Of a stretch of 16,600 nucleotides of DNA, positions 1 to 7,621 are shown in pieces (the stretch's first letter is position 1; each line of letters begins with the position of its first letter). The position numbers were made by a program, and so were the translations under genes. This DNA comes from Spirochaetota bacterium (GTDB lineage: Bacteria > Spirochaetota > UBA4802 > JAGODF01). The stretch spans positions 1 to 16,600 of the forward strand of contig JAOAAF010000033.1 in assembly GCA_026419015.1 (NCBI GenBank), read 5' to 3'. Below the pieces are notes generated by a model that was not told the DNA's origin, ran no database searches, and worked only from the letters and a program-made list of their open reading frames with translations.

Positions 1-19
1 AGATGTGTATAAGAGACAG
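1..19. other. Synthetic Nextera/Tn5 mosaic-end adapter, not biological sequence
   Basis: Exact 19-mer AGATGTGTATAAGAGACAG at the window start. Its reverse complement sits at the other end of the window. Confidence 0.9.
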
Positions 20-247
20 GGCTGGGGCAATGCGGCGTTTTTAATTGAACGATTTGAAAAGGAAAAATCAATCCATGTGAAACGCGCCTTGGTCTGGCTT
101 ATGCGATTTTCGCGACAGCCAGAAGAAGTGTTAGAAATGTGCACCCGGTATTATCGTATATCTGATAAGATTGTACAAAAAGCAATGCGCGAAACGTTAT
201 TGCATATAGGAGTGTCCGAACAGGAATTTTTCAATAAATTGAAATAG
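20..247 (+). CDS. C-terminal fragment of a hypothetical protein; the 5' part is lost because the contig begins in the adapter
   Basis: The reading frame runs through the adapter from position 5 to a TAG stop at 245-247. About 76 residues are real (GWGNAAFLIERFEKEKSIHVKRALVWLMRF...EQEFFNKLK), charged and helical in character, with no family recognised. The apparent GTG start at position 5 lies inside adapter sequence and is not a real start. Confidence 0.4.
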   Translation, partial: GWGNAAFLIERFEKEKSIHVKRALVWLMRFSRQPEEVLEMCTRYYRISDKIVQKAMRETLLHIGVSEQEFFNKLK

Positions 248-299
248 TGCAGGGAGTTTTTCGTATTATCCGCAACGATTACAACATCAGAGGGGGAAC

Positions 300-887
300 A
301 TGGGCAAAGTTGCGCTATTTGGTGGGACATTTAATCCCGTACATATGGGACACCTAATCAATGCCCAGTTTTTAATCAACGAGATGGATATTAATGCATG
401 TATTTTTATTCCTGCGCGGTATCCCGTTCATAAATCCATTGAACATGCTGCAAGCGAAGAAGATCGCTTTCAGATGTTGATGCGTGCAATTGAGAAGAAC
501 GTTAATTTCGAGGTATCGCGAATCGAGCTTGACAGCGACATGCCATCCTACACCGTGATTACTCTTGAAAAGCTTGTGCAAAAATATTCGCGCGATGAAA
601 TTTTTCTTGTCATTGGCGCCGATTCGTACAATCAGCTCTCAACGTGGCGTGAATATCGAAAAATTTTCGCCCTTTCAAAGATAATTGTACTTCGAAGGCC
701 TGGGGATGAAATCGATAAAGATCGATATGCAAAGGATGGGGGAAATTTTATTTTTGCGAATAATCCTTTGGTTGGGATCAGCTCGAGCTATATACGCCAG
801 CTCGTTTCGATTGGGAAATCAATTTTGTATTTGGTTCCCGATCGCGTAAGGGAATATATTATACAAAGGGGGCTGTATACGCGTTGA
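300..887 (+). CDS. nadD: Nicotinate-nucleotide adenylyltransferase (NaMN adenylyltransferase)
   Basis: 195 aa. N-terminus KVALFGGTFNPVHMGHL matches the (H/T)xGH nucleotidyltransferase motif and the GGTFDPxHxGH signature of NadD. RBS GAGGGGGA lies 4-5 nt upstream of the ATG. The stop codon overlaps the start of the next gene (TTGA). Confidence 0.9.
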   Translation: MGKVALFGGTFNPVHMGHLINAQFLINEMDINACIFIPARYPVHKSIEHAASEEDRFQMLMRAIEKNVNFEVSRIELDSDMPSYTVITLEKLVQKYSRDEIFLVIGADSYNQLSTWREYRKIFALSKIIVLRRPGDEIDKDRYAKDGGNFIFANNPLVGISSSYIRQLVSIGKSILYLVPDRVREYIIQRGLYTR

Positions 888-2002
888 AGAAAAAAATTGT
901 CATTACCGTTGCGATTCTCATCATTGCGATAATATCGCTTACTGCCTATCGGTATTATTATCTCATCACGCGGAATATCGTTGATGTGCTTATTGCACAA
1001 AAACGATTAATAAATATCCTTGTTGCAGGGAGTAATGTCTATCGGGAAAATCGTCATAGATTTTATTGCATCGTTTCCGTGAATCCTGAAAATGGAAAGA
1101 TTGGCATAACTTTTTTACCCCCTGAATTACAGATCGCGATGGGTTCCCGAGGAACTGATGTGCGTAAATTGTGCGAAATTGATTTTTCAGATTTTACAGA
1201 GTTGCGCGAATCCTTACAGCGCGAAATAAAATTGAATGTTCCTTTCTATGTTGAATTATATGCGGTCGATGTGGAAAGAATTGTGGATTTTGTTCGAGGA
1301 GTGGATATTTTTATCCTCGATCAAATTCCTCTTGGCAAAGGGTATATCTTTGGGCAGAATTATTTTGATGGCAGAAAGGTTTTAAAATATATTAATGAGG
1401 TTCCAGGCGGTTCAATTTTTAAAAAGTTCGATCGCATTCAAGATGTCGCATTTGCAATGTATTCCTCGAAAGAGCGATTCGATGGAGTATTTTCTTATGA
1501 ATTTGTGCAAGAACTAATAAAATTTTGCAAAACAAATATCATGCCACAAGAACTGTATTCTCTCGGGAAATTAGTTTTGAAAAAAGGTGTCCTAAGTTGC
1601 ACCGTTTTACCATGTGAAGTCGATGATTCGGGGCAGTATCGTTTTGATGAGATTTCTTATAAAATATACGAAAAAGAATTTTTAACCTCTCTTGTGAAAG
1701 ATGAAGAAAATGTGAGTGCGATTAAAGTTAAAATCCTCAATGGTACCGATATCCCGGGATTGGCGCGAAAAATGCGCAATCTTCTCATTCGAGAGGGACT
1801 CAATGTAGTCGAATTTGGCACCTCGCCCTATCCAAAATTACCATATTCGATTTTGATTAACCAAAGAGGAAATTACATCAACACAAACAAGACAGCTGAA
1901 TTAACAGGCATTAAACATATTTATCATGTTATCGACAATACTCAGTTGCACGATGTGCTCATTATACTTGGGAAGGAAAGTTTAAAAGGTGAGGAAGAAT
2001 AA
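884..2002 (+). CDS. LCP (LytR-CpsA-Psr) family protein with an N-terminal membrane anchor and a C-terminal LytR_C-like domain
   Basis: 372 aa. TTG start in a 4-nt overlap with the nadD stop. N-terminus MKKKIVITVAILIIAIISLTAY is a single transmembrane helix. The core NILVAGSNVYRENRHRFYCIVSVNPENGKIGITFLPPEL resembles the LCP motif NILLLGSDSR...DTIMLVSVNPK..VTLLSIPRD. The C-terminal block VKILNGTDIPGLARKMRNLLIREGLNVVEFGTSP resembles the LytR_C domain. Called from memory of these families, without a profile search. Confidence 0.65.
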   Translation: MKKKIVITVAILIIAIISLTAYRYYYLITRNIVDVLIAQKRLINILVAGSNVYRENRHRFYCIVSVNPENGKIGITFLPPELQIAMGSRGTDVRKLCEIDFSDFTELRESLQREIKLNVPFYVELYAVDVERIVDFVRGVDIFILDQIPLGKGYIFGQNYFDGRKVLKYINEVPGGSIFKKFDRIQDVAFAMYSSKERFDGVFSYEFVQELIKFCKTNIMPQELYSLGKLVLKKGVLSCTVLPCEVDDSGQYRFDEISYKIYEKEFLTSLVKDEENVSAIKVKILNGTDIPGLARKMRNLLIREGLNVVEFGTSPYPKLPYSILINQRGNYINTNKTAELTGIKHIYHVIDNTQLHDVLIILGKESLKGEEE

Positions 2003-2366
2003 GATTACAGAACGAAAGATATTAAATATTGCAAAGAGATGTGCTGAAAAAATTCATGAAAAAAAAGGAGAAGATATATTACTTCTCGATTTGCGCAAGG
2101 TTCACAATTATCTCGACTATTTTTTAATTGTAACGGGTAATTCGCTCTTGCATTGTCGTGCATTGGCACGTGAGGTTCAACGATTTATGCAAGAAGTTGG
2201 TTTCCCTGAACGCATACGCCCTCGCCTTGATTCGGGATGGATTGTGCTTGACTACAATGAAATTGTGGTACATGTCTTTACAAAGGAGCTTCGCGATCAT
2301 TATCAGTTGGAATACTTATGGGCGGATTCGAAACGCATCGAGTGGAAGTGTGCAGGTGATTCATGA
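1989..2366 (+). CDS. rsfS: Ribosomal silencing factor RsfS (Iojap/DUF143 family)
   Basis: 125 aa. GTG start overlapping the last 14 nt of the LCP gene. The sequence ILNIAKRCAEKIHEKKGEDILLLDLRKVHNYLDYFLIVTGNSLLHCRALAREVQRFMQEVG..WIVLDYNEIVVHVF matches the RsfS pattern (..AEDKKAEDIVVLDVR..S.ITDYFVIASG.S.RQV.AIA..V...G....DW.L.D.G.VVVHIF). Confidence 0.85.
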   Translation: MRKNKITERKILNIAKRCAEKIHEKKGEDILLLDLRKVHNYLDYFLIVTGNSLLHCRALAREVQRFMQEVGFPERIRPRLDSGWIVLDYNEIVVHVFTKELRDHYQLEYLWADSKRIEWKCAGDS

Positions 2367-3001
2367 AGAAAAATTCCGAAATAATGGAAAGATTAATTCG
2401 AAACATCAATCATGAAATAAAAAACCCTCTTACTGTCATACGCGGTTATGCGCAGCTTCTTACGATGAAAGAGGCAAACGCTGAGTTTCAAAAAAAGACT
2501 GGAATGTATATCATAGAAAATGTCGATCTCATCGACGAACGCCTCTCGGGGTTGTATCGTGCTTTTAACCTTCCTTCAGAAGAAAACGTATTGGTTAATG
2601 TATTGGATGAAATATCGTCAATAATCGAAAAGTATGAACCAGAGAAGAAGTCACGCATTCATATTGTTGCTGAACCGAATTGTGAAGTCCAACTGTGCAA
2701 AATGGCATTTCGCAGAACTATCGAGTGCCTAATTGGGGGGTTTAATTGGAATCGGAATCCAAATTCGGTAATTGAAATTTCTATAAAGAAAGTAAATGGC
2801 AACCTTGAGTTTTTTATAACGTATTCAAACACAGATTTTTCGAATTTTTCTCAAGAGTGGTTTTATTTGCCTTTTGTCGATAAAAATGTTTTTTGTTCGG
2901 GAATAGAGATTTTTGAAGTGTATTGTATTTCTGAGGCACAGGGGTGGAATTTTCAGATTATAAACGATGACAATAAAAATGGATTTTCGATTCGGGTATG
3001 A
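2363..3001 (+). CDS. Minimal NtrB-like histidine kinase core (HisKA plus a degenerate HATPase_c-like domain), with no membrane or sensor domain
   Basis: 212 aa. ATGA overlap with the rsfS stop. The H-box NHEIKNPLTVIRGYAQLL starts at residue 16 and closely matches the E. coli NtrB H-box AHEIKNPLGGLRGAAQLL. The downstream region aligns by eye with the NtrB catalytic domain: WFYLPFVDK against LFYPMVSGR, and the C-terminal NGFSIRV strand. The N-box Asn positions (IECLIGGFNW), the G1 box (SNTDFS in place of DNGPGI) and the G2 box (CSGIEI in place of GTGLGL) are not conserved. Confidence 0.7.
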   Translation: MKKNSEIMERLIRNINHEIKNPLTVIRGYAQLLTMKEANAEFQKKTGMYIIENVDLIDERLSGLYRAFNLPSEENVLVNVLDEISSIIEKYEPEKKSRIHIVAEPNCEVQLCKMAFRRTIECLIGGFNWNRNPNSVIEISIKKVNGNLEFFITYSNTDFSNFSQEWFYLPFVDKNVFCSGIEIFEVYCISEAQGWNFQIINDDNKNGFSIRV

Positions 3002-4404
3002 TTGGCGATTATCGAGTACTCATAGCTGATGATGAACCAGGAGTTCGTCAACTTCTGACAGAAGTGTTGGAAAGTACATTCAATGTTGAAAGCGTTGAAC
3101 GGGGCGATATTGTACTAAATAAAATACACGAAGGCCAATACGATATTCTCATTCTCGATTTAGAACTCCCTGGGCTTAACGGTATAGAGATTCTCAAAAC
3201 GATTCATGAAAAGAAAATGAAAATCACTGTGGTAGTAGTCACTGCATCGAATAACATTGAAACTGCAATAACGACCATGAAGCTCGGTGCGTATGATTAT
3301 ATCGTTAAACCGTTCGATACGGAGAAGCTTTTGGTGATAATGAAAAACATTGCTGAAAAGCTCGATTTAGAAAGGGAAGTTGATACGCTACGGGAGCAGG
3401 TTGGCGAGAAATATCGGTTCTCAAATGTAATAGGAAAATCTCCCGCAATGCAGAGAATATTTGCAACGTTAGAACGAGTTATTGATACTGATAGCACAAT
3501 TCTCATTTCTGGCGAAAGCGGCACTGGGAAGGAAGTAATAGCCCGAGCAATTCATTACAATAGCAATCGTCGGCAATACCCATTCAGATCAATCGATTGC
3601 AGCACTATTCCTCAGGATTTAATTGGAAGCGAACTGTTTGGACACGAAAAGGGTGCTTTTACGGGAGCTGTGTCGCGGAAGATTGGAAAATTTGAAGTTA
3701 CATCAAAGGGAACGCTTTTTCTTGACGAAATCAGCAATCTTTCAATTGATATGCAGGCGAAACTTTTGCGCGTTTTGCAAGAAAAAGAATTCGAGCGCAT
3801 TGGGGGAAATCAAATCATTAAAGTCAATACGCGAATTATTGCCGCTACCAATAAAGATTTGCGCGAATTGGTACGCCAAAGTCGGTTTCGTGAAGATTTA
3901 TACTATCGGCTTAACGTTGTTCCAATATACTTGCCTCGTTTGCGCGATCGAAAAGAAGATATTCCGCTTTTTATTGACCATTTTCTGAAAAAGTATAATG
4001 CCGAATATGGAAGGCAGGTCTCGATCGATATAAAAGCGCGTATCTATTTGACCAATTATAATTGGCCTGGGAATGTACGCCAGCTTGAGAATGTAATAAA
4101 GCGACTGGTATTGCTTTCATCGGGAAAGGTTGCTGATCTTGAGCAGGTAAAAATGATATTAGAGTTTGAAGGAGAACATCGCATTGCAACCAATATCGCT
4201 TCTCAAGAATTCAATTTTCCCAGCGAAGGGCGAATTTTAAGCCTTGAGGAAATGGAAAAAGCCTATCTTGAGCGCGTCTTAGAAGATTGCAATTATAATA
4301 TTTCGCTCACTGCGAAGGTGTTAAAAATTTCGCGAAAGACAATGCACAATAAACTTAAAAAGTATGGAATTCTTATTCGAAAGACGACAAATGCATCGTA
4401 TTAA
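2998..4404 (+). CDS. Sigma54-dependent response regulator / bacterial enhancer-binding protein, NtrC-like (REC + AAA+ sigma54 activator + Fis-type HTH)
   Basis: 468 aa. ATGA overlap with the kinase stop. The REC domain keeps its conserved acidic residues (ADDEP, phospho-acceptor D in ILILDLELPGLNG, T in VVVTAS, K in YIVKPF). The AAA+ domain has Walker A GESGTGKEV and the sigma54-contact loop GAFTGA (EKGAFTGAVS). The C-terminus has a Fis-type helix-turn-helix (ISLTAKVLKISRKTMHNKLKKYGI). The length equals that of E. coli NtrC (469 aa). Confidence 0.9.
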   Translation: MIGDYRVLIADDEPGVRQLLTEVLESTFNVESVERGDIVLNKIHEGQYDILILDLELPGLNGIEILKTIHEKKMKITVVVVTASNNIETAITTMKLGAYDYIVKPFDTEKLLVIMKNIAEKLDLEREVDTLREQVGEKYRFSNVIGKSPAMQRIFATLERVIDTDSTILISGESGTGKEVIARAIHYNSNRRQYPFRSIDCSTIPQDLIGSELFGHEKGAFTGAVSRKIGKFEVTSKGTLFLDEISNLSIDMQAKLLRVLQEKEFERIGGNQIIKVNTRIIAATNKDLRELVRQSRFREDLYYRLNVVPIYLPRLRDRKEDIPLFIDHFLKKYNAEYGRQVSIDIKARIYLTNYNWPGNVRQLENVIKRLVLLSSGKVADLEQVKMILEFEGEHRIATNIASQEFNFPSEGRILSLEEMEKAYLERVLEDCNYNISLTAKVLKISRKTMHNKLKKYGILIRKTTNASY

Positions 4405-4544
4405 AGGCTCTTTTCGAGTTCCTCTATCCCTTTTTGGAGAATTGCGTATTCTTTTGAGCCTTTCGGAAAGTTTTTCATGTATTTTTTAAAATATGCAATT
4501 TGCTCTTCTTTCCATTTGCGCATATCAAAATTATTTGTAAGCAT
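4401..4544 (-). CDS. Candidate 47-aa small protein (MLTNNFDMRKWKEEQIAYFKKYMKNFPKGSKEYAILQKGIEELEKSL), antisense to and overlapping the response-regulator stop codon
   Basis: Hand-translated ORF. ATG at 4544-4542 and TAA at 4403-4401. GGGGGA (a Shine-Dalgarno-like run) lies 4 nt upstream of the ATG. The peptide is lysine- and glutamate-rich with amphipathic helix character. It is absent from the ORF track (shorter than 60 aa) and has no similarity I can recognise. Confidence 0.3.
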   Translation of the reverse strand: MLTNNFDMRKWKEEQIAYFKKYMKNFPKGSKEYAILQKGIEELEKSL

Positions 4545-4596
4545 AATTCCCCCAAAAAATATAATAAACTGAAGTTTACTGGTATTTGTATCGGTA

Positions 4597-4628
4597 CAAT
4601 TTGATAATTTGTTAAATTGCTTTTTTTT
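4597..4628 (+). terminator. Candidate rho-independent terminator for the + strand operon (nadD..regulator)
   Basis: AU-rich hairpin CAATTTGATA / TTTGTTAAATTG (about 10 bp including 2 G-U pairs, 3-nt loop), followed by C and then T8 at 4621-4628. The stem is weak. Confidence 0.35.
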
Positions 4629-4664
4629 AAAAAAACGGCAGGAATATTATAATCTTCCTGCCGT
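4621..4664 (-). terminator. Rho-independent terminator for the - strand amt operon
   Basis: Perfect 10-bp stem AACGGCAGGA (4634-4643) / TCCTGCCGTT on the - strand with a 10-nt loop. On the - strand it is followed by T7 and then A8 (the T8A7 tract at 4621-4635 on the + strand). It lies about 40 nt downstream of the amt stop (4703). Confidence 0.6.
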
Positions 4665-4702
4665 CCGCGATTGTGTTAAGGATGTGCTTCACTATCCGTA
4701 AT

Positions 4703-6127
4703 TTATTTCATTGTGTATGATTCAAAATCAGGATATCCTTCCATTCCATGTTCGCCAATGTCGAGCCCTCTCAGTTCTTCTTCTCGACTTACCCGAATGC
4801 CCATCGTCGCATGCAATATGACCCATATGATCCAACTGAGGATAAACACAAATACGCCAACAATAACCACTCCTACTAATTGGTTTGCAAATGAAAGAAT
4901 TCCACCCCCATAGAAAAGTCCTACTGGAGGTTGGTTTTGTCCACCAGCCCATGGTGGTGCTGCAAATAGGCCAACTGCCAACGTACCCCAGACGCCATTC
5001 ACCAAATGCACTGAAATAGCGCCCACGGGATCGTCTATTCCCCATCTATCAATTGCAAGTACGAAGATAACTACCAAAACACCAGCAACGGCACCAATGA
5101 TGATCGCCCCCCCTGGGGAAACCCAGCTACAGGGAGCAGTAATTGCAACCAGACCGGCCAGTGCGCCATTTAATATCATCGAAAGATCTGGTTTCCCTAA
5201 GGTAATCCAGGCAATAATTGTTGCACTGATGGTTCCGGCAGCAGCAGCGAGATTTGTGGTCACAGCAATGCGCGCAATGTCTGTCGCAGATGCTGCCATG
5301 GTTGAGCCAGGATTAAACCCAAACCACCCAAACCAGAGAATAAAAACGCCAAGCGTTGCAAGCGTCATGCTGTGACCTGGAATTGGATTTGGTGAACCAT
5401 CGGGGTTGTATTTGCCAAGTCGAGGTCCCAAAACAATTGCACCAGCCAATGCTGCCCAACCGCCCACAGAATGGACAACTGTTGAACCAGCAAAATCCCA
5501 AAATCCTCTCTGAGCTAACCATCCGCCACCCCAGATCCAATGTCCGGTAATTGGATAGATAATTGCGGTGAGCAATACGGAAAAAATGAGAAATGCGATT
5601 AGTTTTATGCGGCCACCCACTGCTCCAGAAACAATCGTTGCCGCAGTTGCGCAGAATACGAGCTGAAAGAAAAATTTTGCAAATAACGGAACTCCCGCCC
5701 AATTGAGTGCGCTGTACACTCCTTGATATGCACTGCCAGTTGCGGGGCTGTTGTCTGGACCAGATAGCATCCATAATCCTCGATATCCCATAAATGCATT
5801 TCCATCGCCAAACATCAAACCCCATCCAATAAACCAAAAAGAAAGGGAAGCGATTGCAAAGACGATAAAGTTTTTCGCCGATATGTTCACGGAATTTTTT
5901 GCCTGCTGAAGACCTGATTCGACCATTGCAAAACCAAGGTTCATAAAAAACACCAAAACCGCGGCGATGAGCACCCACAGGGTATCGGCAATGATTTGTT
6001 GATTTGCGACTGCCGCTTGGATGTCCGCTAATCGTATTTCCGGTACTGTGGGCTCTTCTGCATACAGCGCGGCGCTGCACATTATCAACATTACGATAAG
6101 TGTGATGAGAGTACTTCGCGTTTTCAT
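4703..6127 (-). CDS. amtB: Ammonium transporter (Amt/MEP family)
   Basis: 474 aa. N-terminal signal peptide MKTRSTLITLIVMLIMCSAALYA, then a typical Amt start (TLWVLIAAVLVFFMNLGFAMVESGL) and multiple Gly/Ala-rich transmembrane segments. RBS GGAGG lies 7 nt upstream. Only 15 nt separate it from the glnA stop. Confidence 0.9.
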   Translation of the reverse strand: MKTRSTLITLIVMLIMCSAALYAEEPTVPEIRLADIQAAVANQQIIADTLWVLIAAVLVFFMNLGFAMVESGLQQAKNSVNISAKNFIVFAIASLSFWFIGWGLMFGDGNAFMGYRGLWMLSGPDNSPATGSAYQGVYSALNWAGVPLFAKFFFQLVFCATAATIVSGAVGGRIKLIAFLIFSVLLTAIIYPITGHWIWGGGWLAQRGFWDFAGSTVVHSVGGWAALAGAIVLGPRLGKYNPDGSPNPIPGHSMTLATLGVFILWFGWFGFNPGSTMAASATDIARIAVTTNLAAAAGTISATIIAWITLGKPDLSMILNGALAGLVAITAPCSWVSPGGAIIIGAVAGVLVVIFVLAIDRWGIDDPVGAISVHLVNGVWGTLAVGLFAAPPWAGGQNQPPVGLFYGGGILSFANQLVGVVIVGVFVFILSWIIWVILHATMGIRVSREEELRGLDIGEHGMEGYPDFESYTMK

Positions 6128-6142
6128 CTATACACCTCCTAG

Positions 6143-7606
6143 TTAAATTTCATAGTATAATGCGAATTCCCACGGGTGAGGGCGTAGTGCAATTTGGTCG
6201 ATTTCATTTCGGCGTTTGTATTCAATATAGGTTTCAATAAGGTCTTTTGAGAACACATCGCCCTTTAATAAAAACTCGTGGTCTCGTTCTAATCCTGCAA
6301 TTACTTCTGCTAAACTGCCTGGCGTGGAACGAATGTGTTTTTTTTCTGCAGGGCTAAGCTCATAGATATCATCATCGATTGGATCCGGCGGTTCAATTCT
6401 TTTTAAAATTCCATCCACTCCCGCCATTACCATAGCTGAAAAAGCTAAATATGGATTTGCCGAAGGGTCAGGGCATCGAAACTCGATTCGTTTTGCCTTT
6501 TCGCTTGTGCTATACATGGGTATGCGAACAGCAGCAGACCGGTTTCGTGCAGAATAAACTAAATTGATTGGCGCTTCATATCCAGGCACCAAACGACGAT
6601 AGGAGTTTGTAGTTGGCGCAGCAAATGCTAATACCGCTTCGATATGTGCAAAGAGTCCACCAATAAAATACCTCGCGGTCTCTGAAAGATCTGCATATTC
6701 CCCAAATTTATAAAATAGATTTCGCCCTTCCTTCCATAAGCTCACATGCACGTGCATCCCTGAGCCATTATCCATGAAAATTGGTTTGGGCATAAACGTC
6801 ACTGTTTTCCCATATCGAAAAGCAACGTTTTTAATTATGTATTTATAATTTACAAGGGTATCTGACATTCTCACCAATTCGTCTACACGAAGCCCGATTT
6901 CCGTTTGACCTGCTGTGGCTACTTCGTGGTGATGGAGATCGACCGCGATGCCACATGCGCGCAGTACTTCTACCATCTTTGAACGCAGGTTGTGGAGTTG
7001 ATCGTGCGGTGCAGTAGGGAAATAGCCTTGTTTGTATGGGATTTTATAACCTCTGTTCTCTAACTCGATGCCAGAGTTCCACGATGCTTCTGAAGAATCG
7101 ATTTCGTGAAATGCGCGATGTTGATTTTGATCATAGCGCACACGATCGAAGATGAAAAACTCCGGTTCTGGGCCAAAATAGGCAATATCGGCAACTCCTG
7201 TTGTTCGAAGGTATTCAATGGTTTTCTCTCCAACATAACGAGGATCTTTATGATAGCGGGCTCTTTTCACCGGATCAATGATATCGCAAAGGAACGAGAG
7301 GGTACGATGATCGTAAAAAGGATCGATGTATGCAGTTGAAGGATCGGGGCGCATCAGCATATCGCTCTGATGGATATGCTGAAAACCGCGGATTGATGAT
7401 CCATCAAAACCAGTTCCTACAGTAAAAAGATCTTCGTCGGCTCTGTCAGCAGTAATTGTGTAATGGTGGAGTCTGCCAAACAGGTCTGTAAACTTCAGAT
7501 CGAGAAATTCTATTTTCTTATCCTTTATGATGCGCAGAATTTCAGCAATCGAAATATGAGTTTTGGGTTCCTTTACCGTGTAGATTTCTTCAAATACCGC
7601 TTCCAT
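6143..7606 (-). CDS. glnA: Glutamine synthetase type I
   Basis: 487 aa. The N-terminal beta-grasp domain (LDLKFTDLFGRLHHYTI...GFDGSSIRGFQHIHQSDMLMRPDPSTAYIDPF) and the catalytic domain motifs are typical of GSI. The length matches GSI (about 470 aa), not GSIII (about 730 aa). The C-terminal region DDDIYELSPAE resembles the adenylylation loop NLYDLPPEE. RBS AGGAGGG lies 4 nt upstream of the ATG. Confidence 0.9.
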   Translation of the reverse strand: MEAVFEEIYTVKEPKTHISIAEILRIIKDKKIEFLDLKFTDLFGRLHHYTITADRADEDLFTVGTGFDGSSIRGFQHIHQSDMLMRPDPSTAYIDPFYDHRTLSFLCDIIDPVKRARYHKDPRYVGEKTIEYLRTTGVADIAYFGPEPEFFIFDRVRYDQNQHRAFHEIDSSEASWNSGIELENRGYKIPYKQGYFPTAPHDQLHNLRSKMVEVLRACGIAVDLHHHEVATAGQTEIGLRVDELVRMSDTLVNYKYIIKNVAFRYGKTVTFMPKPIFMDNGSGMHVHVSLWKEGRNLFYKFGEYADLSETARYFIGGLFAHIEAVLAFAAPTTNSYRRLVPGYEAPINLVYSARNRSAAVRIPMYSTSEKAKRIEFRCPDPSANPYLAFSAMVMAGVDGILKRIEPPDPIDDDIYELSPAEKKHIRSTPGSLAEVIAGLERDHEFLLKGDVFSKDLIETYIEYKRRNEIDQIALRPHPWEFALYYEI

Positions 7607-7621
7607 ATGCCCTCCTTTAAT

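Noticed and set aside
2158-2415. 85-aa + strand ORF overlapping rsfS and the kinase start in another frame; 121-aa ORF at 3623-3988 inside the regulator gene
   Set aside because: Both are out-of-frame shadows of well-supported genes and have no independent signals.
5313-6080. 255-aa - strand ORF and other 60-100-aa ORFs overlapping amt in alternative frames
   Set aside because: They are frame-shadow ORFs in the GC-richer, Gly/Ala-rich transporter gene. The products are Arg/Cys/Trp-rich nonsense, and the Amt frame is unambiguous.
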